Shown here piece by piece: positions 21,216 to 30,453 of a stretch of 64,000 nt of DNA. Position 1 is the first letter of the stretch; the number at the start of each line of letters is the position of its first letter. A program made the position numbers and the translations under genes. The notes below the pieces were generated by a model. That model saw only the letters and a list, made by a program, of their open reading frames with translations. It ran no database searches and was not told the origin of the DNA. The stretch lies in assembly GCA_035379625.1 (NCBI GenBank), contig DAOSVM010000004.1:6706-70705 (forward strand), in the 5' to 3' direction. The DNA comes from Ignavibacteriales bacterium (GTDB taxonomy: Bacteria; Bacteroidota; Ignavibacteria; Ignavibacteriales; DAOSCP01).

Positions 21216-22475
21216 ATGCGCGAAATGCAAAAAAAATTTACAGATTTATTTTTTGTAATATTATCTTTACCTGCAACAGCTATTGGATTTGCTCTCTCTG
21301 TTCAAATTCAGTGCTTAGGTTGGATTCTTAATACACAATTAGGTTATGATTTACATCAAATTGGTTTAGTATGGCTTGCAGGGCCACTTGCTGGTATTTT
21401 AGGGCAAGTAATTGTCGGAATTATTAGTGATAATACTTGGCTTTGGGGCGGAAGAAGAAGACCTTATATTATTATTGGTGGAATTGTTGGCGGTATAATG
21501 CTTGTGCTTTTACCAAATCTAGGATATATTAAAAATGCTTTCCATCTCGAAGGGACAGCTCTTCTTATTGTTGCAACAATTATAGCTTTAGTATTCGATT
21601 TATCCATTAATGTTAGTTTTAATCCAACAAGGACGCTTATAACAGATGTTACTCCCGAAGGGGAACTTCGCACAAAAGGTTATGCCTGGATGCAAACTAT
21701 TTCCGGATTTTTTGGAGTTCTAGCTTATTTAATAGGTGCTTTCCTCGGAAATATTCAACTTATATACTTGGCAATCTTAATTGTACCACTTTTTACTGTT
21801 GTACCTACATTCTTTATTGATGAGCCAAAAGAATTAGTTAGCCAAGATGGTAATAATCAAGCATCTGAAACTAACTTGCCAGAATTTTTAAAAATTTGCT
21901 TCGCGCATGCTTTTACTTGGGTTGGTATTCAAACAATGTTCATTTATACATTTGGCTTTATTAAAGAAGTTGTGATGGGTTTCAAAATTACTCAAACTTT
22001 AACATCAGCACAAAATGACGAAATAGGTCTTGCTACCGGTATCTCATTTGCTATTTTGAATACAATAGGTTTCTTATTCCCTAAATTCGTTCTAGAACCT
22101 GTAAGTAGAAAAATTGGTAAAGTTTGGACTCATAAACTTGCTGTCCTTGTAATGGCTGTTGCATATTTAGTAACATTTTTGTTTGTTAAAGATAAAATTT
22201 CTTTATTCGTAATGATGGCAATTATTGGTATTGGTTGGGCATCTGTTGTAAGTATAATATTTGCAATAGTTTCCGAAGTTGTTAACAAAGCAAAAATGGG
22301 ATTATTTATGGGCTTGTTCAACCTGGCTGTTGTTATTCCTCAAATTCTCTCTTCCTATTTAGGTGGTTGGATTAATACATTTACTGACAAATCTTATATT
22401 TTCTTAATTAGTTCAGTTACTTTATTTATTTCATTTGTTATTTGGTTATTTGTAAAAAACACTGAAAATAAATAA
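21216..22475 (+). CDS. MFS transporter (maltose/sucrose SLC45-like)
   Basis: WLAGPLAG, SDNTW...GRRRPY, MGLFNLAVVIPQI; about 12 TM segments. Confidence 0.85.
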   Translation: MREMQKKFTDLFFVILSLPATAIGFALSVQIQCLGWILNTQLGYDLHQIGLVWLAGPLAGILGQVIVGIISDNTWLWGGRRRPYIIIGGIVGGIMLVLLPNLGYIKNAFHLEGTALLIVATIIALVFDLSINVSFNPTRTLITDVTPEGELRTKGYAWMQTISGFFGVLAYLIGAFLGNIQLIYLAILIVPLFTVVPTFFIDEPKELVSQDGNNQASETNLPEFLKICFAHAFTWVGIQTMFIYTFGFIKEVVMGFKITQTLTSAQNDEIGLATGISFAILNTIGFLFPKFVLEPVSRKIGKVWTHKLAVLVMAVAYLVTFLFVKDKISLFVMMAIIGIGWASVVSIIFAIVSEVVNKAKMGLFMGLFNLAVVIPQILSSYLGGWINTFTDKSYIFLISSVTLFISFVIWLFVKNTENK

Positions 22476-22489
22476 TTTTGGAGGATAAT

Positions 22490-24757
22490 TTGCGAAAAGG
22501 AGTTATTTTAATTTTATATATTGTTTTAAATTCTGTAATTTTTTGTATGGACCAATTTAATTACGAAAATTATAAAATTGTAGTAACTTCAAACCGCGAG
22601 TTATCCTTCACCAATTCTAAAGACGCTTATTTCTATACCACAACTCATTTAAATAAAAATGACAATTGGTTCTCTGGTTGGAATATCGCTGGCATTCGAA
22701 TATTTAACGATTATACTTTATATATAGATAGTCAGCCTTTGAAAAAAAGTAAATCGAAAGTTATTGCCTATCCTGATAAATTCTACCGATATTATGATAA
22801 TAACAAGGCTATAGAAATATTTTCAATGATAGATAGTATATCACTCCTATATTTTGAAATAAGCGTAGTCCAAGGGCGAAAAATCGGTTTTTCAGTAGAT
22901 ACCAACCTAACAAAGTTCACTGGAACTAATGGTAACATTTCGATACTTAAAGTTAATGAAAATAATGAATATAATATTTATATAACACCTCTGATTGATG
23001 GTGATATAGCAATAGCTAACAACATCATAGTTACTGATAAAAAGAACAAAGGTTTTATTGTTATTTGTGCTAAAAGCATTCAACAAGCTTATGATATTAT
23101 TAAAGATTTTCGATTAAATAAAGAACGTTACCTTACAAGTAGGAAAAAACGAATTGAAAATGTTTTAAAAAATTCTTTTATTTTATCCTCAGATATGAAT
23201 TTAAATGTTGCTCTTCCATGGATAAGTGCAACACTCGATCAACTTATAACAAAACAACAAGGCTATGGTATTTACGCAGGTCTTCCTTGGTTCAATCAAT
23301 ACTGGGGAAGAGATATGTTTATTTCCTTTCCAGGTGCATGTTTAGTTAGTGGTAAAACTAATATTGCAAAACAAATACTTCTTGATTTTGCAAAATTTCA
23401 AAATTTAGATTCAACATCAAAATACTACGGAAGAATTCCTAATCGTGCTCAACCTACTGATATAATTTACAATACCGCTGATGGAACACCAAGATTTGTA
23501 ATTTCAATTTATGAATATATATTATATACAAAAGATTTTTCTATCTTAGAACAGTTATATCCAAACATTAAAATAAGTGTTGAAGGTAACTTAAAATATT
23601 GGGTTGATAATAACGGTTTCCTTTTGCATGATGATGCTGATACTTGGATGGATGCAAAAAAAGATGGCAAAATACCGTTCTCTCCTCGTGGTATTGCAGC
23701 TAATGATATTCAATATTTGTGGTATAAACAACTACAGATAACCGAATATTTCGCTGCTAAATTAAATGATACAAATTTTGCTAAAATTTGCAAAAATTAT
23801 TCAACCAAATTGAAAAATAATTTTTCAAAATTTTTTTGTAATGATAAATATGGCTATTTAGCGGATAGACTTGATTCAAATTATATTCAAGATTGGAAAT
23901 TTAGGCCCAACCAACTCTTCGCATTCGAATTACTCGAAGACACGCTCCTTAAAGCAAATATTACAAAACTTTGTTGGGAAAAACTAACTTATCCTTGGGG
24001 CGTTGCATCACTTTCACAAGATGATGACGATTTCCATCCATGGCATCATTGTGATTTATATTTTTTCGATGAAGCTTATCACAATGGAATAGTTTGGTTG
24101 TGGCTAAATGGAATTATGATGCAGAGAATGATTGAATTTGGGCAATACAATAAAGCATATGAATTATTTGATAATATGAGTAAACAAGCTTTATTTCAAG
24201 GAGCTATTGGATCTTTACCAGAAAATGCTGATGCTCTACCTCGCAATGGAAAAAAATGGGCAGATAGAAGCGGTGCTTTTCTTCAAGCCTGGTCTAATGC
24301 TGAATATTTAAGAATTTGGTACCAATACTTTTTAGGTGTTCAACCAGACTTAATAAATAACATAATTACAATAAAACCATCTATTCCTGATAAAATAGAG
24401 CAGTTATTTACTCAAACATCATTTGAAGATTCTAAAATTAAAATTTTTGCTGAAAAAATTAATAATAAAAGAGTTCTTACTTATATTTATAACGGTCCAT
24501 CAAGATTTTTGGCAATAGAACTTCCATTTTTCGAAAAATTTAAATACGAAGCAAAAAATAATGATAAAATTGAAATTATTATTGAAAGAAATGTAGCACA
24601 TTTTACTATAGAAAATAAAGATGGAAATATTAAATTTGACTTAAATAAAATTCCAAAGTACATAGAATATGAAAATAAAATTAATAAAATATTTGAAAAA
24701 GTAGATTTTTGTAAGCCATTATTAAGAAAAGACTTAAAGATTTTTAAAAATAAATAA
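22490..24757 (+). CDS. Amylo-alpha-1,6-glucosidase / glycogen debranching family protein, probably exported
   Basis: IYAGLPWF, WGRDMFIS, YNTADGT, TWMDA, RPNQL, YHNGIVWLW, QAWS. TTG 22490 follows GGAGG; hydrophobic N-terminus. Confidence 0.85.
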   Translation: MRKGVILILYIVLNSVIFCMDQFNYENYKIVVTSNRELSFTNSKDAYFYTTTHLNKNDNWFSGWNIAGIRIFNDYTLYIDSQPLKKSKSKVIAYPDKFYRYYDNNKAIEIFSMIDSISLLYFEISVVQGRKIGFSVDTNLTKFTGTNGNISILKVNENNEYNIYITPLIDGDIAIANNIIVTDKKNKGFIVICAKSIQQAYDIIKDFRLNKERYLTSRKKRIENVLKNSFILSSDMNLNVALPWISATLDQLITKQQGYGIYAGLPWFNQYWGRDMFISFPGACLVSGKTNIAKQILLDFAKFQNLDSTSKYYGRIPNRAQPTDIIYNTADGTPRFVISIYEYILYTKDFSILEQLYPNIKISVEGNLKYWVDNNGFLLHDDADTWMDAKKDGKIPFSPRGIAANDIQYLWYKQLQITEYFAAKLNDTNFAKICKNYSTKLKNNFSKFFCNDKYGYLADRLDSNYIQDWKFRPNQLFAFELLEDTLLKANITKLCWEKLTYPWGVASLSQDDDDFHPWHHCDLYFFDEAYHNGIVWLWLNGIMMQRMIEFGQYNKAYELFDNMSKQALFQGAIGSLPENADALPRNGKKWADRSGAFLQAWSNAEYLRIWYQYFLGVQPDLINNIITIKPSIPDKIEQLFTQTSFEDSKIKIFAEKINNKRVLTYIYNGPSRFLAIELPFFEKFKYEAKNNDKIEIIIERNVAHFTIENKDGNIKFDLNKIPKYIEYENKINKIFEKVDFCKPLLRKDLKIFKNK

Positions 24758-26662
24758 TTATTTAATTTTAGGAAAACCAATTATAAATTTGGATCCAACG
24801 TTAATTTCACTTTCAATATCAAATATACCATTGTGAAGTTTGATAAATTCTTTAATTAAAATAAGTCCCAAGCCAGTTCCCTGTTCTCCAGATGTTCCTT
24901 TTAAAGATGAATGTATATCCGAATTTAAAATTTTTTCTTTTGTCTCTTTTGTCATACCTATACCATTATCCTCAATAATAATTTTATCGTATTTATCATC
25001 TTCCTTACAGTAAATTTTAATTTCACCACCAATTTTAGTAAATTTTATTGCATTTGATAGTAAATTCCTTAAAATAGTAACTAACATATTTTCATCGACA
25101 AAAATATATTTGTTATCATCAATTAAAATTATAATATCAATATTTTTATTATTTGCTTGAAGTTTAAGCAATACTAAACTTTTAGTTATGGCGTTTTTCA
25201 GATTAATATTGGAAGGATAAAAATCAATCCTATTATTAATACTTCTATTCCACAATAAAATATTCTGTATAAGTTCTAAACTTTGTTCAGCTGATTGTTT
25301 AGTATATATTAAATTAACTTTTATTGATTCATCCATAGTACATTCTTCTATATCTTCTAAAACTATTTCTAAAAAAGAATTAATGGAGCCTATAGGATTA
25401 ATTAAATCATGTCCTATAATAGAAATTAACCTATCTTTAAATTTATTATTCTTTTCTAATTGATTCCTCAAATCATCTAATTCATTGTATTGTGCTATTA
25501 AATCGATGTTCAATTCCTCTAATTTTTGAGTGGCAAACTGTAATTCTTTATTTTTTTTACGTATCCTAATATAAGAATACATACCTAATATAACTAAAAT
25601 AGTGATAGTTAAAATTATTATTTTAGCATATAACTCATTTTTTTTATGGATGTTAAGTGTTTTATCAAACTCATATTTATTTATACTTTGTAAAAAATAT
25701 GGATTATTTACACTAGCATCTGCAGAGTCTCGAACCTTTGATAAAAATTTTAAATAAAATATTTCTTTATCCTTATCATTTAATTTTTCAGAATTTGTAA
25801 TAACAATTTTAAGAACATCCTCAACAAGAAGCCATGATTTCAAATCAACATAATAATCTAATAATTCCAATGCAAGTCTATTACTTTCGTTATATTTACC
25901 AATATTAGATAAATAATAAGAATATATTAATTGAGTTTCAAAAAATTGATATTTTGACTTTTGTAAGTATTTAGAGTATTTAAATAATGTGTCTAGATTA
26001 TTTTTAGCTTCAATAATATTGCTTTTTTTCAGATAACAATAAATAATTTCTCGGAGTGAAGTAAGAAAAGAATTTGTGTCTTTTAACTCTTTTCTTAGAA
26101 TGTAAGCATTATAATAATGTTTAATTGATAATTCATATAATTTTAAGTACTTGTAAGCTTGTCCAAATCTTTGAAAAACATATGCTTGACCTAATTTGTC
26201 ATTAGTTTCTTTAAAAATTTTTAATGCGTTCATTAAATACTTGAAGCCATTTGTAGTATCATGATTAAGTATATAAAGATTAGCAATGTTATTATAAGCA
26301 TATGCAATTTCTCGTTTAATTTTATATTCTTCACCTAATCTTAAGGCAGATATAAAATAATATTCTGCTTTAATATAATTATTTATATTTCTATAAAAAA
26401 TTCCTTCAAAATTGTAAAGTTTGGGTAATATTTCTTCATAATTAATATTTTTTGCATATTCAATTGCTTTTTCTATAAGTCTTAAGCTAATGTAGGGATT
26501 ATCATTTCTATAATTCCATGCTTGTTCTGAAATATAATCAATTTGTTGATATATTTCTTTATCCTGTATAATACTTAAAATACTATCGATTTTATTATCA
26601 TCCTGTTTGTTATAAGCGAAAAGATTAATGATTAAAAATAATGTTAAAAAAAGTTTTTTCAT
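24758..26662 (-). CDS. TPR-containing membrane sensor histidine kinase
   Basis: Signal peptide MKKLFLTLFL, TPR-like repeats, TM, H-box IIGHDLINP, NLLSNAIKFT, DNGIGM, GTGLGL. Confidence 0.9.
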   Translation of the reverse strand: MKKLFLTLFLIINLFAYNKQDDNKIDSILSIIQDKEIYQQIDYISEQAWNYRNDNPYISLRLIEKAIEYAKNINYEEILPKLYNFEGIFYRNINNYIKAEYYFISALRLGEEYKIKREIAYAYNNIANLYILNHDTTNGFKYLMNALKIFKETNDKLGQAYVFQRFGQAYKYLKLYELSIKHYYNAYILRKELKDTNSFLTSLREIIYCYLKKSNIIEAKNNLDTLFKYSKYLQKSKYQFFETQLIYSYYLSNIGKYNESNRLALELLDYYVDLKSWLLVEDVLKIVITNSEKLNDKDKEIFYLKFLSKVRDSADASVNNPYFLQSINKYEFDKTLNIHKKNELYAKIIILTITILVILGMYSYIRIRKKNKELQFATQKLEELNIDLIAQYNELDDLRNQLEKNNKFKDRLISIIGHDLINPIGSINSFLEIVLEDIEECTMDESIKVNLIYTKQSAEQSLELIQNILLWNRSINNRIDFYPSNINLKNAITKSLVLLKLQANNKNIDIIILIDDNKYIFVDENMLVTILRNLLSNAIKFTKIGGEIKIYCKEDDKYDKIIIEDNGIGMTKETKEKILNSDIHSSLKGTSGEQGTGLGLILIKEFIKLHNGIFDIESEINVGSKFIIGFPKIK

Positions 26663-26760
26663 TTTTCTTAAAAAATATACTTCATATAAAAAAAATAATT
26701 TTTTTTTTACAATAAAAAAAATATATTTATAGCCCAAATTTAACAAAATAAGGGAAGTAT

Positions 26761-29160
26761 ATGAAAAAAATATTATTATATATATTGGTTTTAATCAATA
26801 TATTACTTGCACAAGATATTAATTTAATTAGTGAAGGTTTCAATAATGGAATAACTCCACCTACAGACTGGGAATTCTCTGGTATAACTTCAACTTACAC
26901 AACTTCAGGAAATTATGGTAGCGCATCACCGTCATTAAAATTTGATACAAATGGCGATTATATTATAACACCGAGTTTAAATAAACCAACACAACTGTCC
27001 TTTTGGCTAAAAGGAAATTCAACGGATAATAATTCATCTCTTACAATTTTTCAATATATCAACAGCAGTTACCAACAATTAGTTGATATTAAACCATTAA
27101 GTACAACTGGTATAACTCTAACTTACAATTTAGATACAAATGCTACTAAGTTGAAATTTGTTTATAATAAATCTGCTGGAAACTTAGCATTTGATGATGT
27201 TTTAATAAAAGGTAAGAATAATAGTTCTCCTGGTGGTGGCGGTGGTACACCTAATTTAACATTAAGTAAAAGTAAATTGTTTTTATTTAGTTATGTAAAC
27301 TCAAACTCAAATATTTTAACATATACCTTATCAACAAGTAATTTAACAAGTAATCTTAATATTTCTACTTCTAACGGAATAAAAATATCTACTGATAATG
27401 GAGCTAATTGGTACAATAGTTTATCCTTAACTCCAATAAACGGAAATATTTCATCACAAACAATTTATGTAATGTATTCACCAACAAATATTGGAAATTC
27501 AACTATCAATATTCAACATTCTAGTGGTTCTACAAATCAAAATATAGTTTGTTATTGTGTCTCAGGAGCAAATTCCAATCCTTTTATGGCATATAAAGGA
27601 AATTATAAAGGGAAAACACTACGTTACCTACTCCATAATGTTATAAAAAATCACACTGTGGTAAGTTACGATGGTTTATGGTCACAATTTATATATACTG
27701 ATGCTTTAGATAACGGTAAAGTATATGATATTTATACAAATAATCCAAACGGAACAACATCTTATTATTTCGATTTTTCCGTAAATCAATGCGGTACATA
27801 TAATAGTGAAGGTGACTGCTACAATAGAGAACACTCTTGGCCAAAATCTTGGTTCAACGATTTAGCTCCCGCTTATTCCGATTTACATCATATCTACCCA
27901 ACGGATGGTTATGTCAATAACAGGCGTGCTGATTATGCATATAGTAATGTATCAAATCCTACATATACATCATCTAATGGTAGTAAACTTGGGACTTCCA
28001 ATTGGAGTGGTTTTAGTGGTACAGCATTTGAGCCAAATTCTGCCTTTAAAGGTGATTTAGCTCGTTCGTATTTTTATATGTCTACAAGATATATCTATGA
28101 AGATGGCGGTTGGACAACTTCCGATATGACAGATAAAGCAGAATTGAAATCTTGGGCTGCAAATTTACTCTTGAATTGGCATCAAAATGATCCTGTTAGC
28201 AATAAAGAAATTACTAGAAATTGTGCAATCTATAATATTCAAAACAATTGGAACCCTTTTATCCTTGAGCCAAAATTTGCGCGTGAAATTTGGGATACAA
28301 CAACAGCACCAGTTTTAGTAAATGCTCAATCCATAAACAGTACTCAAATTGTTGTTACATTCGATAGATTTGTAGAACTTAACTCAGCTCAAAATATTGC
28401 CAACTACTTTATTACAGGAATTGGAAATCCTACCTCCGCGCAAAGAGATTATGATAACGATCCTTCTAAAGTTTTATTAACCTTTAACAATCTTATACCT
28501 GGAAATACTTATAACATAATAGTCAATAATGTAACAAACCTAAATGGTAATCCAATAGCCACAAATTCTTCTATATCTACTGGTAACGTTTTGCCTGTAG
28601 AATTAAAATCCTTTTCTTGCATAAAAAAAGAATTTTCAATTATTATAAAGTGGACAACCACAATTCAATTAAATACCGAAAAATTCATCATTCAGAAAAA
28701 AATTGACAATAATTGGATAGATTTAACATCAATTAAAGCAAAAGGTAATTCAAACGAAATAATAAATTATGAATACACAGACGATAATCCACACAATGGA
28801 AATAATACATACAGACTAAAAATTATTGATTTTGATGGTGTTATAAATTATAGTGATGAAGTTCACACTAATTTTGAAATTAAATATGATTTTGTGTCAA
28901 ATATTTATCCAAATCCTTTTAATCCAAAAGCAATAATAAGCCTAATTACACCAACAGAAAGCTTTGTTGATATAAATGTTTACGATATTACTGGTAAATT
29001 AGTAAAAACACTAGCAATAAATTATCCTTTACAAACGGGCAAAAATCTAATTACATTCGATGGCAACGAATTAACATCAGGAACATACATAATAACCTTC
29101 GATTATAAATCTAATACATTAAGCAAAAAAGAATATAAAAAAGCTATTTTGATTAAATAA
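26761..29160 (+). CDS. Extracellular endonuclease I-family nuclease with T9SS C-terminal sorting domain
   Basis: YNREHSWPKSW, DLHHIYPTDGYVNNRR, KGDLARSYFYM; LPVEL...YRLKIIDFDG module and YPNPFNP CTD; signal peptide. Confidence 0.88.
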   Translation: MKKILLYILVLINILLAQDINLISEGFNNGITPPTDWEFSGITSTYTTSGNYGSASPSLKFDTNGDYIITPSLNKPTQLSFWLKGNSTDNNSSLTIFQYINSSYQQLVDIKPLSTTGITLTYNLDTNATKLKFVYNKSAGNLAFDDVLIKGKNNSSPGGGGGTPNLTLSKSKLFLFSYVNSNSNILTYTLSTSNLTSNLNISTSNGIKISTDNGANWYNSLSLTPINGNISSQTIYVMYSPTNIGNSTINIQHSSGSTNQNIVCYCVSGANSNPFMAYKGNYKGKTLRYLLHNVIKNHTVVSYDGLWSQFIYTDALDNGKVYDIYTNNPNGTTSYYFDFSVNQCGTYNSEGDCYNREHSWPKSWFNDLAPAYSDLHHIYPTDGYVNNRRADYAYSNVSNPTYTSSNGSKLGTSNWSGFSGTAFEPNSAFKGDLARSYFYMSTRYIYEDGGWTTSDMTDKAELKSWAANLLLNWHQNDPVSNKEITRNCAIYNIQNNWNPFILEPKFAREIWDTTTAPVLVNAQSINSTQIVVTFDRFVELNSAQNIANYFITGIGNPTSAQRDYDNDPSKVLLTFNNLIPGNTYNIIVNNVTNLNGNPIATNSSISTGNVLPVELKSFSCIKKEFSIIIKWTTTIQLNTEKFIIQKKIDNNWIDLTSIKAKGNSNEIINYEYTDDNPHNGNNTYRLKIIDFDGVINYSDEVHTNFEIKYDFVSNIYPNPFNPKAIISLITPTESFVDINVYDITGKLVKTLAINYPLQTGKNLITFDGNELTSGTYIITFDYKSNTLSKKEYKKAILIK

Positions 29161-29168
29161 AATATATT

Positions 29169-29699
29169 TAGCTCAGACGGTGTAAGCATAAAGCCCGTGC
29201 GGCGCACGGGCGGGCTAAAGCCAAAATTTTTTCCCCAATACATTTCAATAAAATTTTACCAATATATTTTATATTTTTACATTTAGCTAAATAACTAAAT
29301 GATTTCTAATTTATTTTTTATAGATTAGTTCACGTAAAAAAAAGTGAATACATAATATCGTTATTCCAATATATTATAAATTACGATATATTAGCAAAAT
29401 TAATATATATATTCGTATTACAATATAATAGTTTATAAGATATAAATTCAATTTATAAAAAAATATATTTGCTTATACAAAATAATTGCTTGTGCGATAT
29501 AATTGTAAATTCAATTATATTATAAAAAATTGCATCAATTGTAAGCTGCCGCGTATTTGGGAAAGATTTGAGTATTAAGGCTAGAAAGCATCACATTATG
29601 AAAGGTGTCGAAGAAAAGAGTTTTGCGGGCCGTTCGGCCCGCCGCCCCTTGCGGCTTGGTTCAAGCCGCAAGGGGCTTAAGCTTACACTGTCTGAGCTA
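29169..29699 (+). mobile_element. Non-autonomous MITE/REPIN-like element 1 (531 bp)
   Basis: Terminal inverted repeats TAGCTCAGACGGTGTAAGC...GCTTACACTGTCTGAGCTA (30/35 matches over 35 bp), GC-rich subterminal hairpins, AT-rich non-coding interior homologous to 51234-51848. Confidence 0.75.
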
Positions 29700-29849
29700 A
29701 TGAATAAAAAAAGCAAGCTTGCTTGCGCTTACTTGCCTTTAATGAAGATAAATAACTAAAATTCTAACTTTAAATAATTATTATCTGAGCGAATATTTGG
29801 ATTTTGATAAACATTTGTTAATTAAGTGATAGTTGTCATTATGTAGTTT

Positions 29850-30364
29850 TTAAGCTCGACTCTAGTAATCTTCCCATTTTTATCATTATCAGCACTTTAT
29901 TCTTTGATTGATTTAATTAGTGAATATGTAAAATATCATTAGAAATAATTTAAGATTCATACTAAAATTCTTGTGCAGATGATGATGAAATATAACCATA
30001 CCATCCAGGTTTCTAACATCAACAAAAACTTCATTAAGTAATTGGTTCAATTTAAAATAATCAATTTTATTTATTCTTGCTAATTTCTTTCCATCTTCTT
30101 TATCTTTAAATTAAAAATGATAAAATGAGCATTGTTATAAGCTAATACACAATTTTTGTAAAATAATAGATAAATTATACCAAATTGCTTTCATTGTATT
30201 TGTAAGGAATAGAAAAGACTTTTTATCTTAATTCTTTCTCTATCTGGTAAAAATATGAAATAACTATATCTAATAAAACTGTTGATTTCATATTTGAATG
30301 TATAATCTTTAAATTGTGCAAAAACATAGATCTTCAATAGTAAAAAAAATAATTTTGTTTTCAT
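29850..30364 (-). pseudogene. Degraded gene for a probable secreted protein
   Basis: ATG 30364 gives MKTKLFFLLLKIYVFAQFKDY... (signal-peptide-like), which stops after 57 aa. Coding-like fragments follow in other frames (FKDKEDGKKLARINKIDY..., PGWYGYISS). The left boundary is approximate. Confidence 0.4.
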
Positions 30365-30453
30365 ATTTTTTTTCTATATTAGTTAATATTATAAAAATAA
30401 ATTTGTATACCTTATAAGTTCAAATAAATTAACTAACAAATTAAGTTTAATCT

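Noticed and set aside
29169..29189. TIR resembles a tRNA D-arm (TAGCTCAGACGGTGTAAGCAT versus tRNA-His TAGCTCAGTTGGTTAGAGCAT, 16/21)
   Set aside because: D-stem pairing is imperfect and there is no anticodon arm, T-arm or acceptor stem; probably coincidental.
29568..29759. 63-aa ORF crossing the right end of element 1
   Set aside because: It reads through the GC-rich hairpins and TIR, is not preserved in the other copies, and has no recognisable motif.
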